Of a stretch of DNA of 57,928 nucleotides, positions 56,873-57,928 are shown one piece after another. Position numbers and translations under genes: made by a program. The DNA lies in IMG/VR virus record IMGVR_UViG_3300009002_000002, positions 1-57,928 of that record. The stretch is one strand, 5' to 3'. Numbering within the stretch: position 1 is the stretch's first letter; each line of letters starts with the position of its first letter. The notes below the pieces were generated by a model. That model saw nothing but the letters and a program-made list of their open reading frames with translations, did no database searches and had not been told where the DNA came from. The DNA comes from a virus (lineage: Duplodnaviria; Caudoviricetes).

Positions 56873-57422
56873 GCAATACTCTTTCTAATTGATCAGTAAT
56901 TGTCGGCAATAAGGCTTTATTTACGAGGACTATCTGGCGGCGGCTCTCGTTGAGTGCGAATTCATAGTCATATACACGGACTGGGTAGTATTCTGCTTTC
57001 TCTGTTGTTGAGGAATTAAGGTACGAGGCACGATTTAAAGTAATATTTGGATCGGAATGCGACTGATAGTGTATAATATTTGCACCGATGGTACTATTTT
57101 TTGTCCACTCAAGAACTGCATCACCTGTTGTACCTGCTTGAGTAGCATAATGTACTTTAATATATGCATCTAAATCTTTTTCTGTCTTAGGCCATTGTGT
57201 ATATGGATCAACAATATTGTTTGATGATAGTACCAGCCATGCATAGTCAACTGAGTCGTAGTAATAAAATGCTACATCTTCGGGCTTCTCACCCTCCTCA
57301 ACTGTATAATTCATATATGCAAGCGCAGAAGCCTTGACTAAAGTATCGAGTTGAGCCTTACGAGTGATATCAAGGACTGTTTTACCCTTAAATTCAGTTG
57401 TAGGAAACTTTGAGAAATACAT
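56865..57422 (-). CDS. gp53: Baseplate wedge component (T4 gp53-like, LysM-like)
   Basis: MYFSKFP start and YTVEEGEKPEDVAFYYY...WLVLSSNNIVDPYTQWP...YDYEFALNESRRQI motif. Confidence 0.92.
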   Translation of the reverse strand: MYFSKFPTTEFKGKTVLDITRKAQLDTLVKASALAYMNYTVEEGEKPEDVAFYYYDSVDYAWLVLSSNNIVDPYTQWPKTEKDLDAYIKVHYATQAGTTGDAVLEWTKNSTIGANIIHYQSHSDPNITLNRASYLNSSTTEKAEYYPVRVYDYEFALNESRRQIVLVNKALLPTITDQLERVLHD

Positions 57423-57423
57423 A

Positions 57424-57928
57424 TTATGCTCCACCCTGGGTAAATGTTACGCCTTCAATGCCTGAAACACCAGTAGAAATCTGAGTATCAGTAAATCCTT
57501 GGGCTTTTAATTCAGCTATTGTCGCTACTCTCGTTTCAATAGCACCACTTGCTAATGTTTTTGTGATAGTAACCTCATCACTTGAAGGATTAGGACTATC
57601 AATAGGTTGAAAACCCGTAGGAGTATTCACTATAGACGCATCATATTCAGGTGTTTCTCCATCAGACTGAAGATTACTTGTTATAGCAGAGTCTAATTTC
57701 TCGCTGATTGCTTCTTCTAATAGATCAGATGGTGCATTATCGTCAGCAGTATGAATAAATGCCTCATTTAATGTCATTGTAATACGCATCGCAGAAGATT
57801 TACAAACTATTTGAATTGCAATTCCGTTTGGCGTATAATCTACACTAAATTGTGAGGTCATAGAGGACTTAAATCTTAAATAATATGCATAGTCTACACC
57901 ACATAAAAAAAACATACAAAACGCTGGA
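57424..57928 (-). CDS. gp48: Baseplate tail-tube cap (T4 gp48-like), C-terminal part; 5' end beyond window
   Basis: Frame is open to the window edge; FKSSMTSQFSVDYTPNG...ITMTLNE resembles the gp48 C-terminal motif; lies upstream of gp53. Confidence 0.65.
   Translation of the reverse strand, partial: PAFCMFFLCGVDYAYYLRFKSSMTSQFSVDYTPNGIAIQIVCKSSAMRITMTLNEAFIHTADDNAPSDLLEEAISEKLDSAITSNLQSDGETPEYDASIVNTPTGFQPIDSPNPSSDEVTITKTLASGAIETRVATIAELKAQGFTDTQISTGVSGIEGVTFTQGGA

Noticed and set aside
1-57928. Stop-codon reassignment or programmed frameshift
   Set aside because: Genes are full length and densely packed under the standard code; TAA, TAG and TGA all occur as stops at gene boundaries.
1-57928. 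CRISPR array, tRNA genes, DGR template/variable repeats, IS elements
   Set aside because: No intergenic gap exceeds ~90 bp, and I saw no regularly spaced or near-identical DNA repeats and no reverse transcriptase or transposase ORF.
1-57928. Bacterial contractile injection system or tailocin instead of a phage
   Set aside because: Capsid, scaffold, protease, portal and both terminase subunits are present in T4 order with T4 late promoters.

Overview
This AT-rich window is the contiguous virion-morphogenesis region of a large T4-like myovirus, probably an environmental phage resembling marine T4-like phages; the host cannot be read from the sequence. Almost everything is on the minus strand in T4-like order: gp48 (partial), gp53, hub, gp5, unknown, gp25, gp6, gp7, YHYH-family, gp8, VrlC/DUF4815-like, gp10-like, a ~20 kb cassette of six large accessory virion proteins, gp13-gp20, two prohead-core-like genes, gp21, gp22 and gp23 (partial). 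Intergenic TATAAATA late promoters punctuate it. Four things stand out. (1) A ~40-aa module (Y-x-I-x-x-x-G...W...G...G-x-x-F) recurs about 12 times in 7 otherwise unrelated structural proteins, alongside other grafted modules (HG[F/L] module, degenerate cupredoxin-like, dockerin-like). (2) The accessory cassette holds an LRR protein, a paralogous pair with a phycobiliprotein-like CxRD helix repeat, and a beta-helix protein. (3) One 3.5 kb gene is inverted, sits next to a 16-bp palindromic bidirectional late promoter and shares a CTAG stop with its neighbour. (4) A near-consensus early/sigma70 promoter points antisense into gp5. All family calls come from motif recognition and synteny by eye; no database searches were run.
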